From the NCBI GenBank assembly GCA_964188305.1, contig OZ076888.1: 64,000 nucleotides of DNA; one strand, given 5' to 3'. The position numbers and the translations under genes were made by a program. This stretch comes from Podarcis bocagei. Taxonomy: Eukaryota. The notes beneath the pieces were generated by a model. That model saw only the letters and a list, made by a program, of their open reading frames with translations, ran no database searches and was not told the origin of the DNA. Positions 12,537 to 25,437 of the stretch are shown here, one piece after another (positions within the stretch are counted from its first letter, which is position 1; each line of letters opens with the position of its first letter).

Positions 12537-12870
12537 GGCAGGTGGCACTGTGGGTTAAACCACAGAGCCTAGGGCTTGCCGATCAGAAGGTCAGCGGTTT
12601 GAATCCCCGCAATGGAGTGAGCTCCCGTTGCTCGGTCCCTTCTCCTGCCCACCCAGGAGTTCGAAAGCACAACGTGCAAGTAGATGAATAGGTACCGCTC
12701 CGGCGGGAAGGTAAATGGCATTTCCATGCCCTGCTCTGGTTCGCCAGAAGTGGCTTAGTCATGCTAGCCACATGACCCAGAAGCTGTACGCCGGCTCTCT
12801 TGGCCAGTAAAGTGAGATGAGCACCGCAACCCCAGAGTCGTCCACGACTGGACCTAACTCTTTACCTTTA
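12537..12870 (+). mobile_element. Sauria SINE
   Basis: Colinear with 1550-1911; ends ctttaccttta. Confidence 0.9.
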
Positions 12871-14462
12871 TGGACATTTAAAGAGACCCAAGCATAAATG
12901 CCCTTTAGCCACTGTTCCCTGAGAAACAGACACTGGGATTTAGTGTCTGTTTTTCTATCTACTCTTTCTCATTCACTCACAGTTGTTCTGGGATTTCTAT
13001 CAGCACCACTTCCTCCTTAAATCCTTGGGATCTTAGTCTCTCTGATTATTATCATGCTTTGCCTTTCCTCAGTCAGCTGCCACACCCTGTTCCTTCCTTC
13101 TGTCTGTGCATAACTGTGGGGCTTCTTGTTCCTCAGATGTTACTTAAGGGTCATGCATCTTTCTGCCTCTTAAGTCCTACAGAACCTGCTATATGTTTTA
13201 GGACGCAGGCTGGATTCACCATTTGGAATGTTGCTAGGGTTTTTGCCTTTGTAATAATTTTTTCTTATCAGCTCCAGCAAATCTCACAAGCTCCTAAAAT
13301 ATCCAGGCCAGGGCAATAATTTCGCAGGAGCATCTACAAGCATGTTCTAGAATGCAAACTTTGTGATATATTTCTCTGCCTCACACATGTGTAGGAAAAT
13401 GTCTGTATTAGTAGAAAGAGTGCGTAAAAAATTCACACATCACTGAAAATAACATATAAATTATGGCAATATATTAGAATAAATTACTTGCAAAAAATGT
13501 GCATATTCAACCAAATTGCATAGATAAATGGGGAAATGCACACTAAAATGCTAATGAATTTTTGTGAGGACTTTTGTTCTTTGAAAAACCTGACAAACCA
13601 TGTGGAAATGTGGTGAACTGCATTTAAGCTTGAAAAAAAATGAGAAACTGAAATTGACTGATTTATCCATTGCTCTGCAAGTGAAAGATGATAAACCAGG
13701 AAAAATTAAACAATGGGCAGTTTGCTTTGCAGGTGCACTAGCCATATTTTGTTTGCATATGCAACCTCCTCTCCAGGATTAGGGAAGTAGAGGATTCCTC
13801 AAGAGTCAATAAATTCCTTCATAAATCCTCCATAATCCTGTGACTTTTGCTCTTTAAAAAAGATGCTATAAGAGGCAAGCACTATGAAGCTAATTCTATG
13901 GCAAAAGAATTCAGGATATGGTGGTGATCAGGTGTGACGGAGATGGAGAGGGGCTCAGCTAAATTAACTACTTCTTTTGTTGGACCAAATGCAGCTATCT
14001 GCCTGTCATTATATCTTACGTTTTTTGTGGATTTTACACATCAGGAATTTGGCTTCAGGACCATCCATTTGCTGAGCTGACTCACAGCCAAGTCTGCCGT
14101 GTGTGAAAGTGTGCTCATTCTCTCTGCTGAGCAGATACTGACCCTTATTGTAGGAGGGACAAAATTCAGCTGCATGACTCACTGACTTAAAAATAATAAT
14201 ACTGTTCTTATTTTGTTACATTCATTATCTTAGGTCTTAGTCTGCTTGATTCTTTGTTGTTTATTATTATTATTGCAGCGGAAGGAAAGACAAAAAGGAA
14301 TGTAATTTTAGCAGCTGTCCGTCCCAATTTTATAACAATCTGTAAACAGCTCCCTAACCATGTCTCTATCCTATAAAGAAGAACGTTATCCATTTGCATG
14401 AACATTTAAAAACCAAGCCCTGTATTGCAGATATGCTTAACATTATAAATGCTTGCAAATTT

Positions 14463-14940
14463 GGAGATGAAGATTGAGGAGGGCATGATAGCATTCTTCA
14501 AATATCTGAAGGGCAAAGACTTGTTCTACCTTCCACTGTCAGAGGCTTTATGCTTCTGAATACCAGTTGCTGGGATTCACAGGTGGGCAGAGTGCTGTTG
14601 CGCTCACATCCAGCTTGTAGGCTTCCCACTGTCATTTGGTTGGCCACTGCGAGAACCAGATGTTGGACTCTATGGGCCATTTGCCTGATCCAGCAAGACT
14701 CTTCTTATGTTCTTCTCTGCTGCCCCAGAGGGCAGGCCTAGTTCTAATGGACTTAAGTGACAGGAAGGGAGATTTTGGTTGAACATTAGGAGAAACTTGT
14801 AAATGGTATGAGCAGTTCAACAATGGACCCTGTTACCTTGGGTGGAGGTGTCTTCCTTGCCAAAAGTCTTCAAGCGGAGGCAGGCCAGCCCTTTGTTCTG
14901 GCTGTCTTGAGCAGGGTGTAGGCTTAGACCTGTTTAGAAT
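14463..14940 (+). mobile_element. CR1 LINE 3' fragment interrupted by a second CR1-type 3' end (about 14530-14713)
   Basis: CR1-like atgatagcattcttcaaatatctgaaggg...agattttggttgaacattagg. The inner piece ends gggccatttgcctgatccagcaagactcttcttatgttctt, the same end as at about 43830-43885. Confidence 0.65.
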
Positions 14941-17403
14941 TCTCCCTCCAACTCTCTGAATCCTCCTCATTGGACTGTTGGGGGGGTAGGAGGAGATTTC
15001 TAGAAACATCAGTAACTTTGAAGTTCTCCAGAGCATACTGATAACCACCACCTCTAGTTTCTCAGGGTTCCTCTTTTGACAGGGTTCCATGTTGGCACTC
15101 ACTCCTTGTTTGCAATTATAGGGAATGATAAGCAGATACTGTACTGGATCAGTCTTGCTTGTTGTCAGCAACTGCACCCACAACAGGTACTGAATCAACG
15201 ACCTGAGGAGTGGGTGGTGGGAACTTAGCTTTGATGCTAGCCATACCTGCCAAGACAGCTTCCTGCTAGAGCAGGTGAGCTGTAAATCAGATTTGGAAAA
15301 GGCTTCCTTGATGATGTGAACAATAAACAGACCTTCTTTTGCTCTTAACAATGTTGTGATTTTATCAGTGTCCCAAGAACCAAATTGGCATCTCTCTTCT
15401 TCCTTGCACAAACTTCAAGACGCAGATTACTAATCACTTTTGAAATAGGAAGAAAAAAAATTCTTATTCCTTAATGCATTTATTAAGTCTACCAGCTACT
15501 CAAGCATTAGCAGTTTTCCTTCTCTCTGCCCCTTCCCACCCTGAGTTGCCAAATAACTGGGAAAAGTTGTCCTGACCTGCTCTTTCGCATTTACAGCAAT
15601 GAGGCATCAAGCTATGGAGGCGAGTGAGTTTACTCTTGAAGTGCCTTGCAAACAATTCACAGTCTAAATCACTATTCCCTAGAGTTGATGTTAACAGATG
15701 CAAAAAAAGAGAGAAGAAAAAGTGCCACTGGGCAGCTACTTGAGAATGCGATCGAGGCAGAGAAATGGGCCTTTTTCACCACCCTCACAGCCACAAAGTT
15801 ATCCCCCCCCCATGTTCAGTTGACTTCATGGCACAACTTTCACCACTTGCCCTCTAGCCAATGTCCAGCTTGTTTCATTGCCCTTTGTTCCCTGATATAC
15901 CAATGTGCAGAATGGGCTCCACAGCGCCAGAGAGAGAACTCAGGCCAGGAGTCCAAAGGCTTCAGCCTGATTACCTGCTCTATCTACCGGAAAGGGTCAC
16001 AAGCAGATAAACAATTGTTACATAGAAGGGCAGAATACAAATAAAACTGCAAGCTCCCTCAACAAGCCGTAATGACTTCCACAAGGATGATTCCTGGGAG
16101 AACAAAATCAAGCCATAATTTAATCAGCTGTTTCCTGATCCACTTTGCCATGGACAAGAATTTTGCCACTGTGATCTGATTTCCTGGAGTTTTGTCTCTC
16201 AACTCATGTAAAAACTTACTGACCTACCAGGTAAGGAGAACAGAAAAGGAGCAACGAGCTGGTTATTAATTCCAAAATAAATATTGCAAAAAAGGAGATG
16301 ACTCACAGCTTCCATTTCATCATCATTACATGGAAACACTCTCAAAGCCATTGAAAGGCCCACATACTGCCCCAATAAAACCTGGGAAGGCAGGAGGCAA
16401 TAAAACCTGGGAAGGCAGGAGGACTTTTAGGGTGGGATCCAGACTTAGTCGTGGTTAGAGAAGGCCCACTGAAATCAGTGGGACATAAGCTCACAATGAG
16501 TAACTGAAATACCATTGATTTCAAGCTGCAAATATGAGTAAATCTGGATCCAACTTTAATCCATCAAAATAAAATATTAAAACACAATAAATGCAAATAG
16601 ACTAAAATGTTAAATAAATGCATTTAATATCAAAGGCCAGTGCTTGCAAGTTTTGTTTTGTTTTTTAAAAAAACCATTTAAGATCTGTATGAAACATTTT
16701 GATTTGAAGATGTCAAAATCAATTAGTTACAAATCTTCATTTCTTTGCTGCCTGGTGTCTAAAATGTACAGAGTAAATTTAAGACAAGCACTTATTACTT
16801 TCTTGTGTGGCGTCTATCAGTCTGCAGAGCCCTGGGATATTGGGAAGACATGATATCCCAGTGACTCTCAGTGCACAGTGGTATAGGTGTAATTACCATC
16901 TCAATATATTTTTGACCATTATTTTGCAATTAACATACCTCTAACTTCCTTCCGACTTGATCGTTGCAGTTGAGAAACTGGGTCAGTAGCTGTGGATTGT
17001 TACACAAGCTAGAGCTGATGATTTTATGTTTAATAGTCACCTCAGGCTTTCTCTCTATGAAATATTCAGCGCATCCATGTGTGGCAATGATGTAATTATA
17101 AGGCCGCAAAGGTAAGGGCAGCACACTTTGGGAAAGTAAAACAGTACAGGAAGCAGCATCTCAGGATGGGTTCCAGGGAGGCCATCATCCAGGGAGGGTG
17201 TCACTTGTCCCCATTTTCCTGATGGGGCTCCTGTGCCTTTAAGCAGCTAAGCAGTAGGAAATTTAACTGTGCATTTCCATACTAGGAAAGACACACCTGT
17301 TGGGTTTTTGCCAAACATGCAGCTGTTAAAGGTACAGGCTCTCTGCCAAGGAAAGTTGACAATCCTAATGCAGAGAGGGGCTGATTCTGGATGCAGAGTT
17401 CAT

Positions 17404-18019
17404 AAGTATGGTGGTCTGGCTGGAGGAAGCATTGTCCCCATCAGATTAGAGCATCTCCGAGATTTGGTGTTTAATATTAAGGACTATCAAAAAAACCGGC
17501 AGAGAGGAACTGAGAGACAATTAAGGGCCTCGGATGTGAGATCTCCAGGCTGATAGCAGATTAAGACTGATGGACATTTGTTGGGGATTGAAACCGGGAA
17601 AGGGGATGGGGTGGGGTTTGGGGATCCAAAGGGTGTATAATTATAATTTGTCTTTTTCTTTTTATTCTGTTTTGTTATCAGTATGAAAAGTGGGGAATTT
17701 GTGGAAGGGAATTTGGGTCGACTTTAGAAAATAGGATTTAAGAATGAGTATTGAGGTATAAATTTTGAGGTTTATAAGGTAAAATAGGTTTTTTAAAAAT
17801 GAATTAAGTATAAAAAGGTTAAAAACTGGGGATAAGAACTTGTTGAATTTATAATTTGAATTGGAATATAAGAAGGGGAGGTGCAGGGAAGTCAGGGAAA
17901 TATGTTATAGAAAATAAGGATTGTAAACTGTATATGTTTTTAATTTTCCTTTTCTTTTTTCTTTTTGGCTTTTTCTTTTTAAAATGGAAAATTCTTAATA
18001 AATATTCATTAAAAAAAAA
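17404..18019 (+). mobile_element. L1-related 3' fragment with poly(A)
   Basis: 3'UTR aaggggaggtgcagggaagtc...aaatatgttatagaa resembles the 3'UTR of the intact L1; AATAAA and poly(A); direct repeat gattctggatgcagagttcat at 17383-17403 and 18020-18040. Confidence 0.75.
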
Positions 18020-18180
18020 GATTCTGGATGCAGAGTTCATGTATGGTTTTGAAGCGGGGGTGGGGGGATGTATATTTTGGTGAAAGGTTACTCTACCTTT
18101 CAAGGCTGTCTGACAAGCAGTGCTTTCCATGATCTGCAGCGGCAGTGATGGGGAAAGCTTTGCCTGCTGCTACCTCTATT

Positions 18181-18531
18181 GGGACGCGGGTGGCGCTGTG
18201 GTCTAAACCACTGAGCCTAGGGCTTGCTGATCAGAAGGTCGTCGGTTCGAATCCCCACGACAGGGTGAGCTCCCGTTGCTCGGTCCCTGCTCCTGCCAAC
18301 CTAGCAGTTCAAAAGCACGGCAAAGTGCAAGTAGATAAATAGGTACCGCTCCGGCGGGAAGGTAAACGGCGTTTCCGTGCATCGCTCTGGTTCACCAGAA
18401 GCAGCTTAGTCATGCTGGCCACATGACCCGGAAGCTGTACGCCGGCTCCCTCGGCCAATAAAGCGAGATGAGCGCTGCAACTCCAGAGTCGTCTGCAACT
18501 GGACCTAACGGTCAGGGGTCCCTTACCTTTA
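18181..18531 (+). mobile_element. Sauria SINE, full length
   Basis: gggacgcgggtggcgctgtgg head, ggttcgaatccc B box, ccttacctttac tail. Confidence 0.92.
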
Positions 18532-18849
18532 CTGGCAATACTGTGCAAAATGGACCAGTGGTCTGACTGAGCATGAGGCTGCTTCCTGTGTTCCCATGCC
18601 TCTGTTGAGAATCACAAGTGGGGAGAGCGCTGTTGCACTCATTTCCCGCTTGCTCATTTCCCATAGGTATCTGGCTGGCACTGTGAGAACAGGATATTGG
18701 AGCACTGGCCTGACACAGCAGGGGTCTCTTTTGTCATGCAGCTGTTAAAGACACAGGAGACCAGCTTTGGGGCAGGGTGGGACACTGGACCCTATTTATT
18801 TTCAAAGTGGGAATTGGGTTATCTACATGCAGACATCAGTGAGCGCCAA

Positions 18850-19045
18850 ATGGCAGGGTGGACTCGGAGGAGGTTTTGGCAACAGGGACAAAACAATACC
18901 CTTGCCAAACAATATTGAAGGTTTGGAACCAATTACCTATGGGTGTTACGGGCTCCCCCTCACTGGAGATCTTTAAATAGAGGTTAGACAGGCATCTGTT
19001 GGGAATGCTCAAACTCAGGATTTGAGCAAGAGATTAGACTACAAA
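18850..19045 (+). mobile_element. CR1 LINE relic
   Basis: tggaaccaattacc...ctccccctcactggagatctttaaatagaggttagacaggcatctgttgggaatg, typical of the end of CR1 ORF2. Confidence 0.6.
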
Positions 19046-19089
19046 CCCCTCACCTCCCACCCACCCCCCCAGCTCCACAAGGGTCATCT

Positions 19090-19275
19090 GTGGGGTGGAA
19101 TGTTTAGAATCATGAGCTAAGATCTGGGAGTTCAAATCTCCACTCAGTCATGAAGCTCACTGGGTGACCTTGGGCCAGTCACAAGTTTCTCAGCCCAACC
19201 TACCTCACAGGGTTGTTGTGTGGATAAAATGGGAAGAACCATGTAAACCTCCTTGAGGTGGTATATAAATGTAAT
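19090..19275 (+). mobile_element. CORE/MIR-like squamate SINE
   Basis: gagttcaaatctc B-box-like motif followed by the core gggtgaccttgggccagtcac...cctacctcacagggttgttgtg...ataaaatggg. Confidence 0.7.
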
Positions 19276-22200
19276 CAGAGAGTAAGCATTCTGCCTTCAC
19301 AAAGCTGGAGAATATCCTAGAAGCAGAGATTAGCATGCAGATCAAATTTCTCAGCTAGCCTGGATGAGACTGAAGATAGGGATGGAAATCTAGCTGAAGA
19401 AGCAATTACCCACCCACCCGCTGAGGATAGGAGGAACCCAACACAATAGAGACTCTTCATGGGCGACATAGGAGGCAACTCCTAGGGGCTGAGGTCCCTT
19501 TGCCCCCTCATAAAATATTTGAGGGCTCCCTCAAAGTTGATAGGCATTGCCATTCAATTGGTGTGCATGCACCGCATCTTGTGATCGATTATGTGGGACA
19601 GGGTTTACCTGGTTCCCCCAATAAGTTATTCAAGCTGGCACCCCTGATGGCCCATCATTCACTGTGAAAGCACCCAGGCCAAAAGGCACACTAAGCAAAC
19701 ATATGACAAAAAATCTTAAGTGTTTTGGAGCTTGTGATAGCTTGTGTATAAAATTGTTTCATTATTTTTTAAAACAATAAAATCCTGAAAGTTAATTTTC
19801 TAAACATTTTGACAGTTTTCTGTTAGCCTAATGTGAGTAAAAGGTTAAATGCTGAGGTCCCAAGAGAATAGCTGTGTAGGCTGAGCTCACCCTTTGAAAT
19901 AATTAGGAAGGCTGGACCCACCTAGACCCCTCCTCAATTCCCCTCCTTGCAATTGCTGTCTTAAGCAGGGAGACAAGTCAACACAGGCCCAAATCCCCTT
20001 CAACACAGCTAAGTCTTCCATAATACAGATGACCTCTCTGGCACTCCCCATTGGGAAGAATGTATTCTGTTTCTGTATGTAATCCATTCCACTGCCCCCG
20101 CCTCAAAAATGGCGAAACCAACTGCCTACTAATCACTGTAACTGTATTATATGCCTCTGACATAGTTTTCTAAGGTGTCTCAAGTCAAGTTTTCCCGTCT
20201 GGCATGAATTCCATTTACCGTAGTGATGACATAACAGAGGACCTCTCTTATTCCCAATCTTGAGGCACACCCCGTAGCTAGAGAGAGAAGAATGCAGCCG
20301 GCTACGTTCGAATCACAGCCGCAGCATTCCTGAGGCACCTTTATGAGCTTCTGTCTCATGATGAAACAGGAAGGATGAGTTTCAGCTAAAGCAGGCAATG
20401 ACTGTGCGGTGATTATATGAAATGGAGACTATTGATCCATCTCCCATTGCGTGCAATTCTGGTTTTGCTGGGAGAAATGGAAGCATCTTCAGCTACAGTG
20501 TCGTCTTCAAGGGGGGATGTTTGCTGCAGTCTAAACAGGAGTCCAGAGGGTGTGGGTGTGGGACTGGAGATGACAGCACATCCCCACGGATTTTTCAACA
20601 AGTAGGTGGTGGCTCCTGGCCAAGAGGATTTGGTGTAGGCCGTAGGAAAATTGTATGGCTTTGAGTTCTCATTGCATTTTCTCAAATTCCACAGCTGGGA
20701 AGAATTACAGTCATCCCCTGCCACAACCATTTGGATTAGGGCAGTGGTATCCAAACTTTTTTCAAAGAGGGCCAGATTTGATGAAGTGAAGGGCCATGAG
20801 GGCCAACCAAAGGGCAAACCAAAGTTGTTGACCTTTATTTAGGATTGAAGTTGTGGAGGTTTTTTTTAGGATTTTACCCCAGGAAATAAACTATCACAGG
20901 GGCCAGATTAAACCAACCAGCTTAACCTCTCACTCTTCTTCCATTTCAATGTGAAAAGGAGAGTGCTCAAGGATTTTTCTGACTGCTGGAGAAGGTGCAG
21001 TTTGGTGCTAGGAGATCTCATGTCTGTGCATGCCCTCCAATGCCCCACAGAGAAAAATCGGGACATGGTTTTTTCAGGGCCGTGCTCTCATGCAAGGCAA
21101 AATAGGACATCCCAGGATCCAATCAGAAGCTGGGATGCCTTCCGTAATTCTGGGATGTCCCGCTCAAAGCAGGACAGTCAACAGGTATGGCCTGTGCCAT
21201 TTTAACTTTTGTGTTGACAACAGCAATGACACAGTACGAACCTAAGAGGAATCCTGTTGGCTCAGACCAAGGATTCACCAAGGATTCAGTCCAGCATCCT
21301 CTTTCCCACTGGGAAGCTCGAGCCACATAGCCCTCTCAAAGTGCCCCTCCCCAGCAACTGGTACTACAGATGTGCCACAACCACAAACATGTGTCCTCTA
21401 GCCATGCACATGCATGCACACCCACTTCACATCCTCCTCACCAGCATTTAGGCTTCAAAAAAGGGTTTTCACATTTTTCAGGCCTAATTATGGGGTAGGA
21501 ATAGGGAGTGAACTTTATGAAGAGTGCATCTGGGAAGCCTAATTTCAGCCGGAGATGGATGAGAGGGCACCGGGGTTTTGTGGACATATGTACACCACCA
21601 GCAGATGCCACAAAGGTGACCCATGACCAATTCTGTATTAAAACAGAAAGACCAGGTGCAATTCTCCTGTGTCCATTTTACTTAGAGATCTTTTGATAAA
21701 CACTGTGGGGAAAATAACAGCCTTTCTGATTGCTCCTCTTTAGTAATTTCACTCTCTTGCTGGGAGATGGAGAATTTCCCTCTGCTTAGCTAGGGCACTT
21801 TGCTAGCTGTTCCCGCTGTGGGACCAAAGGGAGGGGGAATTGTCTTTCCTATCTGCACTCAGTAAAGGTACAAGCCAGCTGTGAACAGTGACACACATCA
21901 CGGATGAAGTGAAGGCCTTGCACAGACACAGCAGCAGGTTGCTTCTTGAGCTCCCCCACCCCCACCTCCTGCTTGCCTGCGTGAATGAGTCATCTCACTC
22001 TTGAATTGCTTCTGCACTACCTGCTTCCTTCAGAACTGGCACCGGAAACTTATTCTGCGCAAACCAGGTGATGTCACTTCCAAACCATTCCACGTTTGTG
22101 TGTTTTTCACATCCTTATCCCCTCCCCAACCCCAAATCATCATTTGTAGCATTAAGACAAGTAAGAAATTTGACTGCCCTGCAAATCTTTGCATGTTAGT

Positions 22201-24847
22201 TCCCTGTCCCTGGTGCAGTGCAATGCATTAGTAGCCCTGTCTCTGTGGTTGGGTGCCAATAGGGCACCAGTAAATTTTGAAGAAGTGAACCACGTAGAAC
22301 ATGGAAGTCCACATAATCTGCCCATCTGAGACTGTTATTCAGCAGAATGGACAGCAATATGGGGTGGGAGGCAGCAACCTTGCCAAAAGGAGAGGAATTG
22401 GACCTCATTTCAGCCTTGGAATGACTCCATGCGATCTCAGCAAGTGATAGCCCTGAGCCTGAAGGGGGTTCAAAATACAAACGTCAGCATGCCTCTCAGG
22501 CCCAAGCTCACATTAAACTGAGTGCAGATCTTCCAGTGTTTGAGAATAATTAGACACGTCTCCATTTTGGCCCCAGTATACTCATTTGCTCCTGAATCTG
22601 ACACAAATATTTCATTTCAGTTTTCTCCTGCCTCCCCAATGCATACATTCCAGGAAAGTGAGAGCTCTAGAAGTCAAGCATCTGCTCCAGTGGCAACAAA
22701 AAATGTCTCTCACATATAGTTCTCTACAGCCACAGCAGGCGCTGTAACTCTCCAACAGTTTGACACACACTGCCATTGCCTCCCAAGACAGATGGATGCC
22801 AACCAACATGTGCTAATAACAGAACCTTATCAGTGGGTCCACCTAACCTCTTAATGCCCCAAATACACCTTTGGGTCTGGCTGGCTAACATACCATTTCT
22901 AATAAAATTCTAGCATTTATTAACCCCAAGCCTTTAGCACCCACAGGGCAGGACTGGAACGGATAGGTAGAAATTACAAGGAAGCAGATTTTGCCTAAAT
23001 AGGAGATGAAGTTTCCAAACAGTAAGAACTGTTCAGCAGTACAACAGACTGCCTTGGGAGGTGGTGGGCTCTCCTTCCCTAGAGGTACTATTTGAGCAAA
23101 GGCTGGACAGTCATCTGTCAAGGAAACCCTGCTCACATCCTGTACTACAGATCCTGCACTGCACAGGAAGTCTAGATGGCCTCTGCTGATTCGTGATTCT
23201 TTAGTCACCCCTGCTTTCTTTACTGTCCATGCAGGAGGCAACTGGAAAGACTGTATTTATTTACCGGCTGTGCAGAATGTCTAATGTGCATGACATGGGA
23301 AGCACAGCAAGGGGCTAAAACAATGAGGGACACAAGGTCAAACCACCTCAGTCCACACGTACATAACGAATAGCCAAGTAAGGCGTAAATCCCCCAATTT
23401 CCCTCCACACTCCTTTTGGAGCTTCAAATGCACATTGGTGCTACAAACATACGTGATTCTGAACTGGCCTGCCACATCAACTAACAAAATATTAAACAAG
23501 TCACTGTTGAGTGTGCTTCACCAATAGCAATGCAACCAAAGAAATGGATAGGTAATGGAAATGGTTGCTAATATCAACCAAATATCCTACCAAATATCAA
23601 TGAGGGGTGGAGGGAGTTTGGGTTTCCAGCTGAGAGCTGCTAGAAGCATCTTGGTATGTAGCATTCTCTTAATATTTTCATCAGAACAAGGATTTGGATT
23701 AATGTTTGAATCAACACTGAACATTTCCACAAGGCATGACTCACATCTAACCACGGGGTAGATGCGAGTTAAGCTGGGAAACATTTTGAGGTGAGTCCAA
23801 GATTTTGCACTGTTGCCAGCTTGAGGGGTGGCTGAAATGTATAAAAATAACATGTTGCCTTTAAAAACCAAGCAATTTCAAACATACCGAACCCCTTTTA
23901 ATAAAAAGGTAAGTTACTCCGGGAAGTGCTTCAAGGAAATATTCATGATATCCCACCCTCTTCGACCAGAAATACGAGAAATTGGATTTCTAAGCAGAGG
24001 TTCACATGGCTTATGACAGTCTGAATAAGACCCTCAGGAAATAGCACAACTCTTTCCTAAAGAAACAAAGGCCCAATTCTTATGACCAAGCAGTCACATG
24101 GAGGCCGATCTGTATGGAAAATCATTCATGTGCAGCCACAAACATCTTGTAAATGTGGGTGTGCGGTGGCATAGTGAAAATCGGAGAATCGGCATGATGA
24201 GTGGCTACACATGAATGGCTCACCCTACAAAAAAAAGATAACAAAGAGGCCCTCTATACATTATAGCCGTGGTGGGAGAGAGGCTGCATCCCATGGTGCT
24301 GCTGTCATGCTTAAAGGGCCAACACCATATGGGTGGAGCCAGTCAGACAAGTTCTTCCCATGTAATCATCAACCCAACTGGGACTGGGTGGAAAGCACCC
24401 CTACACCATTGGTTCATTAAATTCCAGGCCTGGCACCAGCACATGGCATACTGGGGGAAATACTGGGTCACTGGCACTGCTCCTAGGCTGTTGCTGCTAC
24501 TGCAGCTGATGTGGCTCATCTGAGTGGTGGCAGGGATTGAGAGGATGGCAGTTGCAGTGTGTATAATCTCACGGGAGACACCATCTCAGATACAGTGGTC
24601 CTGCTCCTGGCCCCACTCCCAACAAGGCTGCAGCAAGGGCTTGAGAGGGAGCACTGAGCAGGGCTTCTGGCCTAATGTGAAGCTGGAGACCTTCCCAGAA
24701 AGCATATGCAATAGCAAGATTATGTTGTATATCACTAGACGATTCTGATTGGCTACATGGGCTCTGCATATTAGAATGCCTAAGCAAACATGAATGGCTT
24801 TCTCATGCAAAGAGAGAGCCACAGTGCCAAATCGGTAATAACTCAGG

Positions 24848-24849
<2 letters not shown>

Positions 24850-24891
<42 letters not shown>
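24850..24891. repeat. (CT)n microsatellite
   Basis: Direct reading. Confidence 0.97.
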
Positions 24892-24894
<3 letters not shown>

Positions 24895-24909
24895 GTGTAA
24901 TTGTGCCCA

Positions 24910-24923
24910 TTTATTTCTTTATT
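24910..24923 (-). promoter_or_regulatory. Two adjacent AATAAA signals, candidate polyadenylation site of the LC3C-like gene
   Basis: tttatt at 24910-24915 and 24918-24923, about 515 nt downstream of the stop codon. Confidence 0.4.
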
Positions 24924-25437
24924 GCAGTCTTGTCAGAAGGCTTTTTAAAAAAAGGGGAAGAAAGAGATGAAGTAACAAAAACAGCTGTGTGGTTAAAATT
25001 TCCACTCGTGGAACCCTCCAGATTCCCATTAGGCCAATCAGCTTCGTTTAAAATAAGAAAGAAAACCAGACAAAAGTTTCCTGTGCAATAGTAGTGATGC
25101 TCTTTTTTATATCTATGTCTATATCCGTCTGAAGAGATAAGGGAACAAAATAGTTTAAAAGAATAAGCTGGCAGTGGGTTAAAGTAATGGCCCTGCAGAG
25201 TTGGTTAAGAAAGTACATGACCCTAAAATACACCCTGTCATCTGGGCATCTTTTCAGGCAGATACAACATAGAAGGTAGTTCAGTTGCTTCAGGGACAAT
25301 GGCAAGAGCCTGCCTGATAGTGAATACTCTTCTCCCATGCCACTCTTCCACAAAAGCAGTTTAAAAATCCATGTTGTGATAACTATGCCTCAGAGAGAAA
25401 GGGAGGAGGGGGAGACTGCAGAGGCCTTGGAATGGGC

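Noticed and set aside
13330-13690. AT-rich stretch resembling an old squamate interspersed repeat
   Set aside because: No TIR, TSD or tail that I could define, so not listed as a feature.
14833-15411. 192-aa ORF
   Set aside because: Non-ATG start, partly antisense to a CR1 relic, no recognisable motif.
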